Source of the DNA: a virus
IMG/VR virus record: IMGVR_UViG_3300023242_000006
Coordinates: 5,476 to 69,475 of that record
DNA length: 64,000 nt
Reading direction: 5' to 3' (one strand)
In this document: piece by piece, positions 50,524 to 59,937 of the stretch
Layout of the letters: the number at the start of each line of letters is the position of its first letter
How positions within the stretch are numbered: the first letter of the stretch is position 1
The notes under the pieces: model-generated
What the model saw: the letters and a program-made list of their open reading frames with translations, nothing else
Told to the model about the DNA's origin: nothing
The model's database searches: none
Translations under genes and position numbers: made by a program

Positions 50524-50778
50524 CTAAACGTCCATTTCAAATTTATTTATTAATAATAATTTATCATTTCTTTTTAACTTTTTAATTTTAATTTCTAACT
50601 TACTGGCTTCTGACCTATTTTGAACTCCCCAGAATGCTTTTAAAATAACTGGTAAACGATTTTTACAATATTTTGCACCCTTGCCTTTATTATGTGTTGT
50701 GATTCGTTTATTTACATCAGTTGTTATACCAGTGTAAACAGTACCATCGTTGCATTCCACCAAATAAACATACCACAT
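50524..50778 (-). CDS. GIY-YIG nuclease (small YhbQ-like)
   Basis: MWYVYLVECNDGTVYTGITTDVNKRITTHNKGKGAKY. Confidence 0.7.
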   Translation of the reverse strand: MWYVYLVECNDGTVYTGITTDVNKRITTHNKGKGAKYCKNRLPVILKAFWGVQNRSEASKLEIKIKKLKRNDKLLLINKFEMDV

Positions 50779-50996
50779 TACAAATCAAAACTAAGACTAC
50801 CACCTGTGTCATTAAAAAAATTGTTCGGTATTAACCCATGTTCAGCTAGACAAGAAATAACTATTTGTTTCATCATATATGAATTACCCGTAATCAAGGT
50901 TGCGTTAGAAGTGTTATTTTGAATACATAACCAAATAAACTCATCAACTGTCTTAACAACATCTTCGTGTTTTACACCATGCAAATCTAAAGTCAT
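50778..50996 (-). CDS. Smr domain protein
   Basis: LDLHGVKHEDVVKTVDEFI.....ATLITGNS. Confidence 0.6.
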   Translation of the reverse strand: MTLDLHGVKHEDVVKTVDEFIWLCIQNNTSNATLITGNSYMMKQIVISCLAEHGLIPNNFFNDTGGSLSFDL

Positions 50997-51469
50997 TTAT
51001 TTATTGTTTCTAAAATTTTATCTATACAAGCAACTTGTGTTTCATGAAGTAAGTCTCTAGCTTCATCTAAAGTAACCCATTTATAACCATCCATTTCTGG
51101 AAAACCACCTCGTTCAGCTGGAACGTTAGAATTACATTTAAGTTCTTGCTCACCCCAATTAAATTTTGAGTCCCTTTTTTCTAAGTACAAAAAAGGATAA
51201 ACAATTTTTTTCTTATGTCCGTAATTAACACCTAGCATTGGAAAAATATCAAAATCAGTAGAACCAGATAAATCTAGGTTTGTTTCCTCATACGTTTCAC
51301 GCAAGGCTCCTTCTAAGAATGTTTCATTTTCTTCAACCTTACCCTTTGGAATACTCCAAAAATTAGGTTTATGGTTTGTCGGGTGTGCTATTAATAATTG
51401 TTTATTTTTTCTTACAATAAACAAACCAGCAGCTATCGTTTTCATCATTTTAAATGATTTTAGTACCAA
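50993..51469 (-). CDS. NUDIX hydrolase
   Basis: Nudix box GKVEENETFLEGALRETYEETNL. Confidence 0.75.
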   Translation of the reverse strand: MVLKSFKMMKTIAAGLFIVRKNKQLLIAHPTNHKPNFWSIPKGKVEENETFLEGALRETYEETNLDLSGSTDFDIFPMLGVNYGHKKKIVYPFLYLEKRDSKFNWGEQELKCNSNVPAERGGFPEMDGYKWVTLDEARDLLHETQVACIDKILETINK

Positions 51470-51782
51470 CTAACGCCTCATACCATTCTTCACCGCCAGA
51501 AATATTCTTTGGTGGCAAAATCATTGCTTGACTTAATACCCCTTTAATTTCAAAAGGCGCTAAATTCGTTACAAAATTTGTTGTAAAATTAATGAATTCT
51601 TCTGGTTTATGCGTTTTACCTAAATTAGTAAAAACACTTCTAATATCACCATCACCAAAATCTACAATCATTTTAATACCATAGCTTTTTGGTATTGATG
51701 TCGCTTCTGTTATTCGACCAACTTTAATTTCTAGTTTGCTCTCGATTTCTAAGAACTCGTCAAAACTAATTTCTTTTTTCAT
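51450..51782 (-). CDS. tRNA-binding domain protein (CsaA/EMAP-like)
   Basis: FLEIESKLEIKVGRITEA..IPKS.YGIKMIVDFGDG is the OB-fold tRNA-binding signature. Confidence 0.6.
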   Translation of the reverse strand: MKKEISFDEFLEIESKLEIKVGRITEATSIPKSYGIKMIVDFGDGDIRSVFTNLGKTHKPEEFINFTTNFVTNLAPFEIKGVLSQAMILPPKNISGGEEWYEALVGTKII

Positions 51783-51940
51783 CTATGTAGAATTGTTCAG
51801 TAATTATTTTAATTTGTTTCTCGTTAGATTCAATAGCTCTATTAATTAAATCATCATTGATAGAACCTAACATAATTTTAAGTAACCTATTTGATTCTTG
51901 TAATGCTTCTTTAAAAGCTTTTAAATGCGATATCGATACT

Positions 51941-52372
51941 TTATACATTTATTAAATTCATTTTAGTTAATATTTCTTCTACTTTAACCCAGTCAACAAA
52001 TGGTCTAGGTGAAATTGCAAGGTCTATCTTCAAAGGGCAACCTAAAGCACTATCATCAATCATTAATGGAGCGTAGCTTTTAGGTGATGTTGTCCAATTC
52101 AATTGAGTTGGATTCTTTTGAATTCCATATAGAGGAATGTCATTAGTTTTAAACCAATTAATTGCATCGGTTAAACCATGGTTATCTGTGGTACCATCTA
52201 ATCTATCAAAATTACTACCATCACTTCTCATCGTGAAAAGAATAAGTCTATGACCATTCTCAACTAATTTTTTTAAAACAGTAATTGCACCTATATCATA
52301 ACCAACTCTAGGGTAATCATGCGTAACAACAGTTCCGTCAAAATACAAGTTAATTTCAATTGTATTTTTCAT
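51941..52372 (-). CDS. HAD-like phosphatase (divergent motif I)
   Basis: NLYFDGTVVTHDYP. It shares a fold signature with 56821..57252 and 57254..57817. Confidence 0.4.
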   Translation of the reverse strand: MKNTIEINLYFDGTVVTHDYPRVGYDIGAITVLKKLVENGHRLILFTMRSDGSNFDRLDGTTDNHGLTDAINWFKTNDIPLYGIQKNPTQLNWTTSPKSYAPLMIDDSALGCPLKIDLAISPRPFVDWVKVEEILTKMNLINV

Positions 52373-52417
52373 ACTACAAAGGTACTAAGATTATTTTAAA
52401 TACGCAAGTAAAAATAA

Positions 52418-52648
52418 ATTAAAATTACCTTTTGATTTCTATTTACCAGATTTTAATATTTGTATTGAATTTAACGGGATTCAACATTATAAAGTAGTTG
52501 AACATTTTGGTGGGGTTCAAGGGTTTAATTCTAGGAAAATTAATGATAAAATAAAAAGGGAATATTGTTTACTAAACAATATTCCACTTATTATTATTAA
52601 ATATAATGACAATGTTGGTGATAAATTAACTTATTCAAAAGTAGTATA
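52418..52648 (+). pseudogene. C-terminal remnant of a PD-(D/E)XK homing endonuclease domain
   Basis: The plus frame reads LPFDFYLPDFNICIEFNGIQHYKVVEHFGGVQGF..IIIKYND. It matches the C-terminus of 49570..50457 and has no N-terminal part. Confidence 0.55.
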
Positions 52649-54244
52649 ACCCAACTTACCGTCTTTATCTAGCATAAAATTTATGTGTTGGGCTCGACCA
52701 TCTGTGTGGATAATAACATGTGATTGTAACCATGAGCTGGCACCTCTGTTATAACCCACCCTTAATTTTGTACTAGTACCAACAGCCAATGCTCCGTCCT
52801 TTCTACCAGGCGAGTGATAATGACCAACCACAATTTTAGTATTTAATTTTCTAAATTGTAATAACGAACCTCGACTACCATTTGAACCTATGTCACCATG
52901 TTGACCTAATTCCCAATCTTTAACCCGATAAGAAGCGCTTCGACCCAACGTAATAAACTTAGGAAACTTCTGGTTGATGATACTTGGAATTACTCCTTTG
53001 ACATTATAAGGGTCGTTAGAGTATTGCTCTAACAACATATCAGACATTTTCATGTAAAGTCTAGAATTTTTGTACGTTGGTTGTTTCTTCCAATCTTCAT
53101 TCTTAAGCCAACGGTCTAAGAAATCATCATGATTACTTCTGACAATAACCACGTTATCAAACTTTTCAAATGCTTTTAACGATTCTAACATAAAATCAAC
53201 CTCTTTACCTAAGTCATTAGTGCCAGATATTTCTTTACCATACTGAATGAAAGGGTCTTTAATCTCATGATGGGTAATTGAAGACCCATCAAATACGTCA
53301 TGTAATATAACGTGTTGTGGTTTTACTCTTTCAAATAAACTAAGTGTTGTATCTAAAACGTCTTGGTCATGATGTCCATAGTGAATATCACCTAATATAG
53401 CAGCAGCGAATTTAGTTACTTCACTTACCTCACCTTTTTCAACTCGATAATATAAATCAGTAAAATTACCTGTTTTATCATCAGCGGTTACTTGTCTAAC
53501 GAAAAATGTGTCATCATTTTTAATCTCAACAATAACGAATCCAAATGTATGGTGGAACTCGCCAGTTTTACCAGCTTTAGAATCAGTATAATTCTTTTTA
53601 GTTACAGCACCAGTAGTGGTCATCATTTTAGGTTTGTTACCTTCTAATACTGAAATCATTTCTAACTGAACCTTTGGGCTACCAAACACGCATGAATTAA
53701 TACCACTCAACGCTTGTAAACCAGTCATAGGGTTCACAGCCGTTGGTTGAATCTTAATATCTGACATAATCGATACGTACTTATGTATATCATGTCTGTT
53801 AGCATCTAGGTATGGTAATACCTCTGAAACCCAAAATTCTGATTCTTCTTGTTGATTTGTCCACATACTAGTAGGGTTTCTATACCTACCAGCTATGATA
53901 TGAATATCAGCAGCGATAAATTCAGCATAAGCTTCTAAGTTTTTCATCAAACCAGTATGAACAGGCGTATTGTTCTGAGCCCAACTTATAATAAAACGTT
54001 TTTTAGTCCCGTCATGGACTCTTGTTTTGGCTTTTACATACTGTTCTGGTTCAATTTCAACTTTTTCTTTGAAGTTTAATTTTTTAAACCATTTTCTAAC
54101 GGTTCTCTCTGATAACCCTAAGTCATTACCAATTTTAATTGCTAATTTCTCAACTGTTAAATTATTTTCTAACCTATTAACATATTCTAACCTAAATTTC
54201 TCAATTTCAATTTCAGTTAAATCTTTAAATTTAATTTTTACCAT
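52631..54244 (-). CDS. Calcineurin-like metallophosphoesterase with N-terminal HTH region
   Basis: GDIHYGHHD, HDVFDG, RSNHDD, GHYH motifs. N-terminus LSERTVRKWFKK. Confidence 0.65.
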   Translation of the reverse strand: MVKIKFKDLTEIEIEKFRLEYVNRLENNLTVEKLAIKIGNDLGLSERTVRKWFKKLNFKEKVEIEPEQYVKAKTRVHDGTKKRFIISWAQNNTPVHTGLMKNLEAYAEFIAADIHIIAGRYRNPTSMWTNQQEESEFWVSEVLPYLDANRHDIHKYVSIMSDIKIQPTAVNPMTGLQALSGINSCVFGSPKVQLEMISVLEGNKPKMMTTTGAVTKKNYTDSKAGKTGEFHHTFGFVIVEIKNDDTFFVRQVTADDKTGNFTDLYYRVEKGEVSEVTKFAAAILGDIHYGHHDQDVLDTTLSLFERVKPQHVILHDVFDGSSITHHEIKDPFIQYGKEISGTNDLGKEVDFMLESLKAFEKFDNVVIVRSNHDDFLDRWLKNEDWKKQPTYKNSRLYMKMSDMLLEQYSNDPYNVKGVIPSIINQKFPKFITLGRSASYRVKDWELGQHGDIGSNGSRGSLLQFRKLNTKIVVGHYHSPGRKDGALAVGTSTKLRVGYNRGASSWLQSHVIIHTDGRAQHINFMLDKDGKLGYTTFE

Positions 54245-54550
54245 TATTTTTTAAAATTTTATTTATTTTATTTATTTTAGTTAATAAATTATCTGTTTTT
54301 TCATTGTATTTTATTATTATTAACTTTATTTTATTATTGTCACAGTAATCTTTTTTTATTTTATCTTTCTTCTGTTGTTCTTTTAAACCACTTGTACCAC
54401 CAAATAACATAAAAAATACCAGCTATTACACTTGCGATGACAATATACTTAAAAACCACCACAAACATAAAGACTCCAAAAAAAACGCCTTGAATAACGA
54501 ATACCGTTAACAGACTAATCAATAGGTATAATGAAAATTTTGCCTTCATT

Positions 54551-54910
54551 TTAATTTATTTTTTTCCACATTCGGTCATGAAATTTTGTTTTGTACGTTC
54601 CCAACTCGAAACTATTGTTGTGTAATATGATATCTAAAGCCATCGGTAATTCAGAATATAATTTATCCCACTCGGCTTTTTGTTCGTCAGAATACTCCTT
54701 AATTTCTTCCACATTAAATGGGTCAAAATATGCTGGCATACCATTCAACATAAGGTCAATCTCTTCGTAAAGACTATCACCATTAAATGGTGGCATATAT
54801 TCTTCACCATCATGTTTAACACCAGAAATAATGTTATCTTTCATCGACCAACGTAATTTTGACAACAATGTTACGTGTTCTTTTTTTAATTCTAATTTTA
54901 GTACTGACAT
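54551..54910 (-). CDS. Hypothetical protein
   Basis: ORF of 119 aa. Confidence 0.45.
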   Translation of the reverse strand: MSVLKLELKKEHVTLLSKLRWSMKDNIISGVKHDGEEYMPPFNGDSLYEEIDLMLNGMPAYFDPFNVEEIKEYSDEQKAEWDKLYSELPMALDIILHNNSFELGTYKTKFHDRMWKKIN

Positions 54911-54914
54911 TCGG

Positions 54915-55298
54915 TTATTTTTTTACATAAGAATCCAATAATACTTGGACCCGTTTATTATCTTTTTTAGCTTTAGCTTGTTCTTTCTCAACCCTACTAT
55001 CTATATACTCACAAATAGCTATCGCCCTTAAATTGTTATAAAATTTACCATTATGTTCGTTTCCTTTAACCACAAAAGCAACTGTTACTACTTCATTAAG
55101 GCTAAATCTTTCTAATGTTTCAACGTTTTCATTAATAAATTCTAACTTAACAATCTCTGGGTATTGTTCTTCTGTTTTTACAACAAATTCTCTCTTTTTA
55201 AAGTTACCAAATTCCTGTATCTCTCCAATTTGTTTAATTGTACCATCTAAAAAATAATGCATATATTTAATTTTGTTCGTTAATAATTCTTTCCACAA
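54915..55298 (-). CDS. Hypothetical protein
   Basis: ORF of 127 aa. Confidence 0.45.
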   Translation of the reverse strand: MWKELLTNKIKYMHYFLDGTIKQIGEIQEFGNFKKREFVVKTEEQYPEIVKLEFINENVETLERFSLNEVVTVAFVVKGNEHNGKFYNNLRAIAICEYIDSRVEKEQAKAKKDNKRVQVLLDSYVKK

Positions 55299-55995
55299 TT
55301 TCTGTCACCCCTTCAACAGCACTTTTCTCTACGTACTCAATGTTTAAATCAAGTGTGTCTAAATCATGACTAGGGTTAGGGTCAACGTATATTACGTTAA
55401 AACCTTTCGGTAGGTTATCAAAAAAACTTAAGGTATAACCAATTTGTAAACTAGTTCCAACAATTATTACAATATCAGCTGTTAAAAAAGCATCATAAGC
55501 TTTATTTACATCAAAAGGATATTCACCAAACCATACAATGTGTGGTCTTAATTGTGCACCATACTTCTCGCATTTATCACCAATATTAATATCAGAATAA
55601 CCAATGTCAATAGAATCTAACTTAACTTTTAAAAGATTACCAGTTAAATAAGAACTCCTAGCTTTAGTTAACTCACCATGCAAGTGAATGATGTTAGTAG
55701 ACCCACCTCTTTCGTGCAAATCATCAACATTTTGTGTAACGATAGTTACATCAAAGTCTTCTTCTAACCTAGCCAATGCTTTATGTGCATTGTTAGGTTC
55801 AACACTTGGCATTTGTCTTCTGCGGTCATTGTAAAAGTTAAGTACTTTCTCACGGTCTTTTCTCCAACCATCAAGAGTACAAACTTCTTCAATCTTATGG
55901 TTTTCCCAAAGGCCATCTACCAAATCTCTGAATGTATCAACACCAGATTCTTTGCTTATTCCAGCACCTGTAAATATAACTACTTTCTTTTTCAT
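55267..55995 (-). CDS. Sir2-family NAD+-dependent deacylase or ADP-ribosyltransferase (no Zn-ribbon Cys4)
   Basis: GAGISKESGVDTFRD, TQNVDDLHERGG, catalytic LHGEL. Confidence 0.75.
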   Translation of the reverse strand: MKKKVVIFTGAGISKESGVDTFRDLVDGLWENHKIEEVCTLDGWRKDREKVLNFYNDRRRQMPSVEPNNAHKALARLEEDFDVTIVTQNVDDLHERGGSTNIIHLHGELTKARSSYLTGNLLKVKLDSIDIGYSDINIGDKCEKYGAQLRPHIVWFGEYPFDVNKAYDAFLTADIVIIVGTSLQIGYTLSFFDNLPKGFNVIYVDPNPSHDLDTLDLNIEYVEKSAVEGVTEIVERIINEQN

Positions 55996-56297
55996 TACTT
56001 CTGAACAGCCGATTTAACCCCAAGAATCATGTTTTTGATAACTTTAACCATTAAAAAAAACCCACCGATGAAACCGAAGTCATACCACCCACCGTTATTA
56101 TTAACAGCATAGATAGCTACATCATTCCAGATAAGACTACCAATAAATGATGGTAGCATAATCATACCATGCCAAGTACCACCCCAAAAGCCATATACAT
56201 GCTCACTAGGATTCATATATTGGATTTGTGAAACATCAGCACATCCAGTCATTAATAATAGCGTAAAAGCCGCTAAAACGTAAATTAAATTTTTCAT
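55995..56297 (-). CDS. Membrane lipoprotein
   Basis: Lipobox LLMTGCADV plus TM segments. Confidence 0.45.
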   Translation of the reverse strand: MKNLIYVLAAFTLLLMTGCADVSQIQYMNPSEHVYGFWGGTWHGMIMLPSFIGSLIWNDVAIYAVNNNGGWYDFGFIGGFFLMVKVIKNMILGVKSAVQK

Positions 56298-56474
56298 TTT
56301 GTAATATTAAAAGTTAAATTTTTATAAATTTTAATTTGGTTGCTAAGATAATGTCTAACATGACCACCATCACATAAAACCACACACCAGATATCGTTTT
56401 CAAATGTTCCACCATTTGAAACATAAATAGCATAACCCTCTTTGTCTTCTTCAACAATCACTGGTATTGGGTTT

Positions 56475-56828
56475 TTAAATTCTAGCATCGTGTTTCATTT
56501 CTAATTTTTTATTAATTCTTCGGTCAACTTCACCTTCAATGATTCTATTAGTACAATTTGAAATTATTTTCTCAGTAATACCGTTTATCTTATCATCAAT
56601 GTGTCTTGACATACCATTTTCGATTTGTTTTAGCTTAAAATCTAAACGGTCTTTTAATTTTATTTTATCTTGTTCAGTGATACCATCAACGAAAAAATCT
56701 ATTTCTGTCTTTAGGTAATCAACCATAATAGCTTTCAAATCATCTGCTGACATCAAAACAGTTTCACCATTAACCGTTTTTATTTTTATACAATCTTTTC
56801 GACTATCGTTGAAAGATAAATTAACCAT
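56475..56828 (-). CDS. Hypothetical protein
   Basis: ORF of 117 aa. Confidence 0.4.
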   Translation of the reverse strand: MVNLSFNDSRKDCIKIKTVNGETVLMSADDLKAIMVDYLKTEIDFFVDGITEQDKIKLKDRLDFKLKQIENGMSRHIDDKINGITEKIISNCTNRIIEGEVDRRINKKLEMKHDARI

Positions 56829-57252
56829 AATGTTTAGTTAATAAATTATAAACCTCTGACCAATCAGTGGTTGGGTCAAAACCAGCTTTATCTTCAAACA
56901 AAACATTCATATAAGGTTTTTTATCGTAATTCCCATAACCATCTGGTTGAGTAGGTACCTCTGGATTATCGTTGACATACTTGAATAGAATATCATTAGC
57001 TTTGAATAAAGCTAAATACTCATTGACTTCATGTGGGTGAGAACATGTATATAAAAACATAACAACATCTGGCAACTTGCTAATTAATTGCAAAGTTTCT
57101 TTCGCCATAGGGTAAAACTCATCTGTAGTGTTACGAACGTAGTTAGGTTTAAGTATGGTACCATGGATATCAAACGCCCAAAAAGTTCTATCCCAGTTTC
57201 TAGAAATCATATACCCGAAATGATTTACATTTATTGATTTTATTATACTCAC
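56821..57252 (-). CDS. HAD-like phosphatase family protein (divergent)
   Basis: WAFDIHGTIL motif I-like. Confidence 0.4.
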   Translation of the reverse strand: MSIIKSINVNHFGYMISRNWDRTFWAFDIHGTILKPNYVRNTTDEFYPMAKETLQLISKLPDVVMFLYTCSHPHEVNEYLALFKANDILFKYVNDNPEVPTQPDGYGNYDKKPYMNVLFEDKAGFDPTTDWSEVYNLLTKHYG

Positions 57253-57253
57253 A

Positions 57254-57817
57254 TTATTTATTTAAAAAACTAATTACTTTCTCTTTAATACCTATTTGTT
57301 TGATACCCTCATTAATTCTAGGTGTGATAACAAAATTTTTAACACCCCATGTTCCTCTCCAACTTATATCTAAGTCATCAACAGCAACCCAATTTGTTAT
57401 TTGTTCGTTATCTTTAACATATTGGTTAATCTCTAAAGAACGTTCTTGCTCATAACGAAAAGACATATCCCACTGAAAACCGTCTGGTTTATAAGTACCG
57501 ATAAAACTTTTTGTCGTGGCTATTGGTTTCTTAATTATCCCTTGTTCTATGTAGTATTCACTTAATTCTTCTAATGTCCCATGTTTCTTCCAATCGGAAG
57601 AAACAACTATCTCAGCACCAGTTTCTTCTAATATTTGATTTAAAACCTTAACAGCTTTTGCGTCAAAATCATCAAACCTAACCGAAGCTGGTGCATGACA
57701 AAGAAATTTAGATGATTCTGGATTAGTAGAACAATATTTTACCCACTTCTTATTACGACACCCCCAATTATTGGATAGACATATTACACCATCATTATCT
57801 AAGAATATTACTTTCAT
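57254..57817 (-). CDS. HAD-like phosphatase
   Basis: IFLDNDGVI, VSSDWK, AVDDLD, which correspond to motifs I-III. Confidence 0.5.
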   Translation of the reverse strand: MKVIFLDNDGVICLSNNWGCRNKKWVKYCSTNPESSKFLCHAPASVRFDDFDAKAVKVLNQILEETGAEIVVSSDWKKHGTLEELSEYYIEQGIIKKPIATTKSFIGTYKPDGFQWDMSFRYEQERSLEINQYVKDNEQITNWVAVDDLDISWRGTWGVKNFVITPRINEGIKQIGIKEKVISFLNK

Positions 57818-57960
57818 ACTACAAAGGTACTAAAAGATTTTGATAAATAAAATGTTTTGGTGGAATAATTTTTTTTGGTTCATTTATTCTGATAAAAACC
57901 AGTCTTTTTCAAAATATCTAGATATTTATAAAAGTAAGAATACCATTGGTTGGGAGGTAA

Positions 57961-58416
57961 TTACTCTGTAGGTTTATACCTTACAATAGTAACACATTCT
58001 CCTCTAAAAATTTCATCTATCATAGGTAAAATTATTTTTTCATCACCCCCAGCAAGCCCACAACCAATAAGTGGCATACCAAAAAGTAAACCAGTAAATT
58101 TATTTTTCATTTCTCTTAACGCAGAACGTAAAGCATCATAATCTAAATCCATTTGACCATTTCGTCTTCCAGTATAGTCATATTGACCATACAAATTAAC
58201 AATTATAGGTTTTGTGTTTTCGGTATAGGTAATTGTACCTAATTTATCTCTATCACCTTTTATTGTTTCACAATCAGCTTCATAAGCTTCTGGAAATTTA
58301 CTTTTAATTTGTGGGGCTATACCAGCACCCATAGTACAAAAACAGTTACAGCAATGAGCTATAACATCAAATAATTCGGCATCTCTTACTAAGTCACCAT
58401 CAATGTATTTTATCAT
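57961..58416 (-). CDS. Macro domain protein (ADP-ribose / O-acetyl-ADP-ribose binding or hydrolase)
   Basis: DVIAHCCNCFCTMGAGIAPQI and IGCGLAGGD. Confidence 0.7.
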   Translation of the reverse strand: MIKYIDGDLVRDAELFDVIAHCCNCFCTMGAGIAPQIKSKFPEAYEADCETIKGDRDKLGTITYTENTKPIIVNLYGQYDYTGRRNGQMDLDYDALRSALREMKNKFTGLLFGMPLIGCGLAGGDEKIILPMIDEIFRGECVTIVRYKPTE

Positions 58417-58421
58417 AATTT

Positions 58422-58955
58422 TTATTGTTTTAAAGTTTCTCTTACTCGCATAATAGCTTCACCTAACCAGTTTTTACCTTGCCATTTGCTCTTATCTTCA
58501 ATATTTCGGTGTTCAACACCCATTCCAATCCCCCAGATTTTATCGTAAGGGCTTGCTTCAACAATTTCTCTATCTTCAGTTGCTAACAATGATGTTTTGA
58601 AACTTATATTCTGTGTAAACTTGGCCAAGTTACCTTGATAAACAAATTCTCTACATACTCCATTCCATCTATTTGTATCGAAATTTTTAACACTACGACC
58701 CAAAGCTTTTTGTTCTTTTGGGTTTGTAGTATTCATAATAGTTTCATATACTTCCATATCTTTGAAATATAAAGCTTTTTGGGCCATCATGTATTGTTCA
58801 CAACTAGTGTAAGTGATTCCAGCAATGACAAACTTTGATGGATGCCATTGACTATAAATCCCATTCCAAAAGAATACAAACTCGTCTGTTATTGTAACGT
58901 CTTTTGTTCCCATAATTAAACTTTTGCTCGTTCTCTCACTTCTTCGAATGTCCAT
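58422..58955 (-). CDS. NADAR (YbiA/DUF1768) domain protein
   Basis: FFW...SQW.PS.F.I.G..YTSCEQYMMAQKALYF.D......I.....P.EQKALGR.V.NFD...W......V...GN.AKF.QN......LL.T....IVEASPYDKIWGIG. Confidence 0.7.
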   Translation of the reverse strand: MDIRRSERTSKSLIMGTKDVTITDEFVFFWNGIYSQWHPSKFVIAGITYTSCEQYMMAQKALYFKDMEVYETIMNTTNPKEQKALGRSVKNFDTNRWNGVCREFVYQGNLAKFTQNISFKTSLLATEDREIVEASPYDKIWGIGMGVEHRNIEDKSKWQGKNWLGEAIMRVRETLKQ

Positions 58956-59937
58956 TCTTTAGTGATTATACCGTTTCTGAACACTTCTACCAACTCATCT
59001 GTAACATCGTTGAACTCAGAATCCATTGAAGTAACTGTTCTAAACGTACCATCGTCATTCTTAACCAATTTAAGTAACCCTTGTTTTGATTTCTTGAATG
59101 ATTTTGTGATGTTACCATTAGCATCCATCTCAGTTGGAGATTTGATGATATTCTTTTCTTCACCATTGACAATAGCATAACATGCTTTGGTTGCAAAGTT
59201 TTGCGTATCACGGTTGATATCGGCTTGTAATAATTTGCCACCCATACCTAAAGCTAAGTTTTCTGGTGATATTTTTTGTTCCTCTAACAATGCATAGATT
59301 TCTTTGATTGAATCTAGATTAACACCATCACCTTGAATCACACGAACTTGTGGTGGTAACACTTTATAACCCTTATCGTTTACTGTGTAACCGAATTTGT
59401 CGAATAATATAGTGAAAATTTCTTTCAATGTCATTAACACGTCACCAGAATCTGGACGGATAACTAGTTGATTTCCTGGTTCTGATGGGCGAGATAGTAC
59501 TAAGTCTCTCAATTCAGTTCCCCAATACTCAGAACATGCACGAAAGATATTGTATGAATCAGATACACACGCAACTAACCCAGTAGGGAATGTTGTAAGT
59601 ACTCGTTTCATCATTTCCAATTCACCTTCTTCACCTTTAAGTGTCATGATAGAGTGTTCAGTTGCTGGGATAGATAACCCATAAACCGTTTCTGTATTGT
59701 AGTAATCTCTGATGTATTTAGATGCCATGATTGTGTCAGACCCTCTAAAGTTTACCAAGTGAGCAGAGCCACCGATACCAGCTGATTGTACAGACGATAC
59801 ACCACGGAAACCGAAGTCATTCAACACGTAATCAACCAGAAACTCTCTTAACCCAGTATCATATGATGTGTTTTTTTGAAAACTACTATCTACTATTTTA
59901 CGAACTTCTCTCGAAAGTGTAGCAACCGTAATCGGGT
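58916..59937 (-). CDS. nadV: Nicotinamide phosphoribosyltransferase NadV/NAMPT, exon 2
   Basis: ...YPITVATLSREVRKI...VLNDFGFRGVSSVQSAGIGGSAHLVNFRGSDT... The frame is open upstream of the track ATG and reads back to a splice-like boundary. Confidence 0.7.

Noticed and set aside
58962-59241. ORFs 58962..59180 (+) and 58987..59241 (-) inside nadV exon 2, and 61769..61984 (-) inside natV
   Set aside because: They are nested in alternative frames of well-supported genes.
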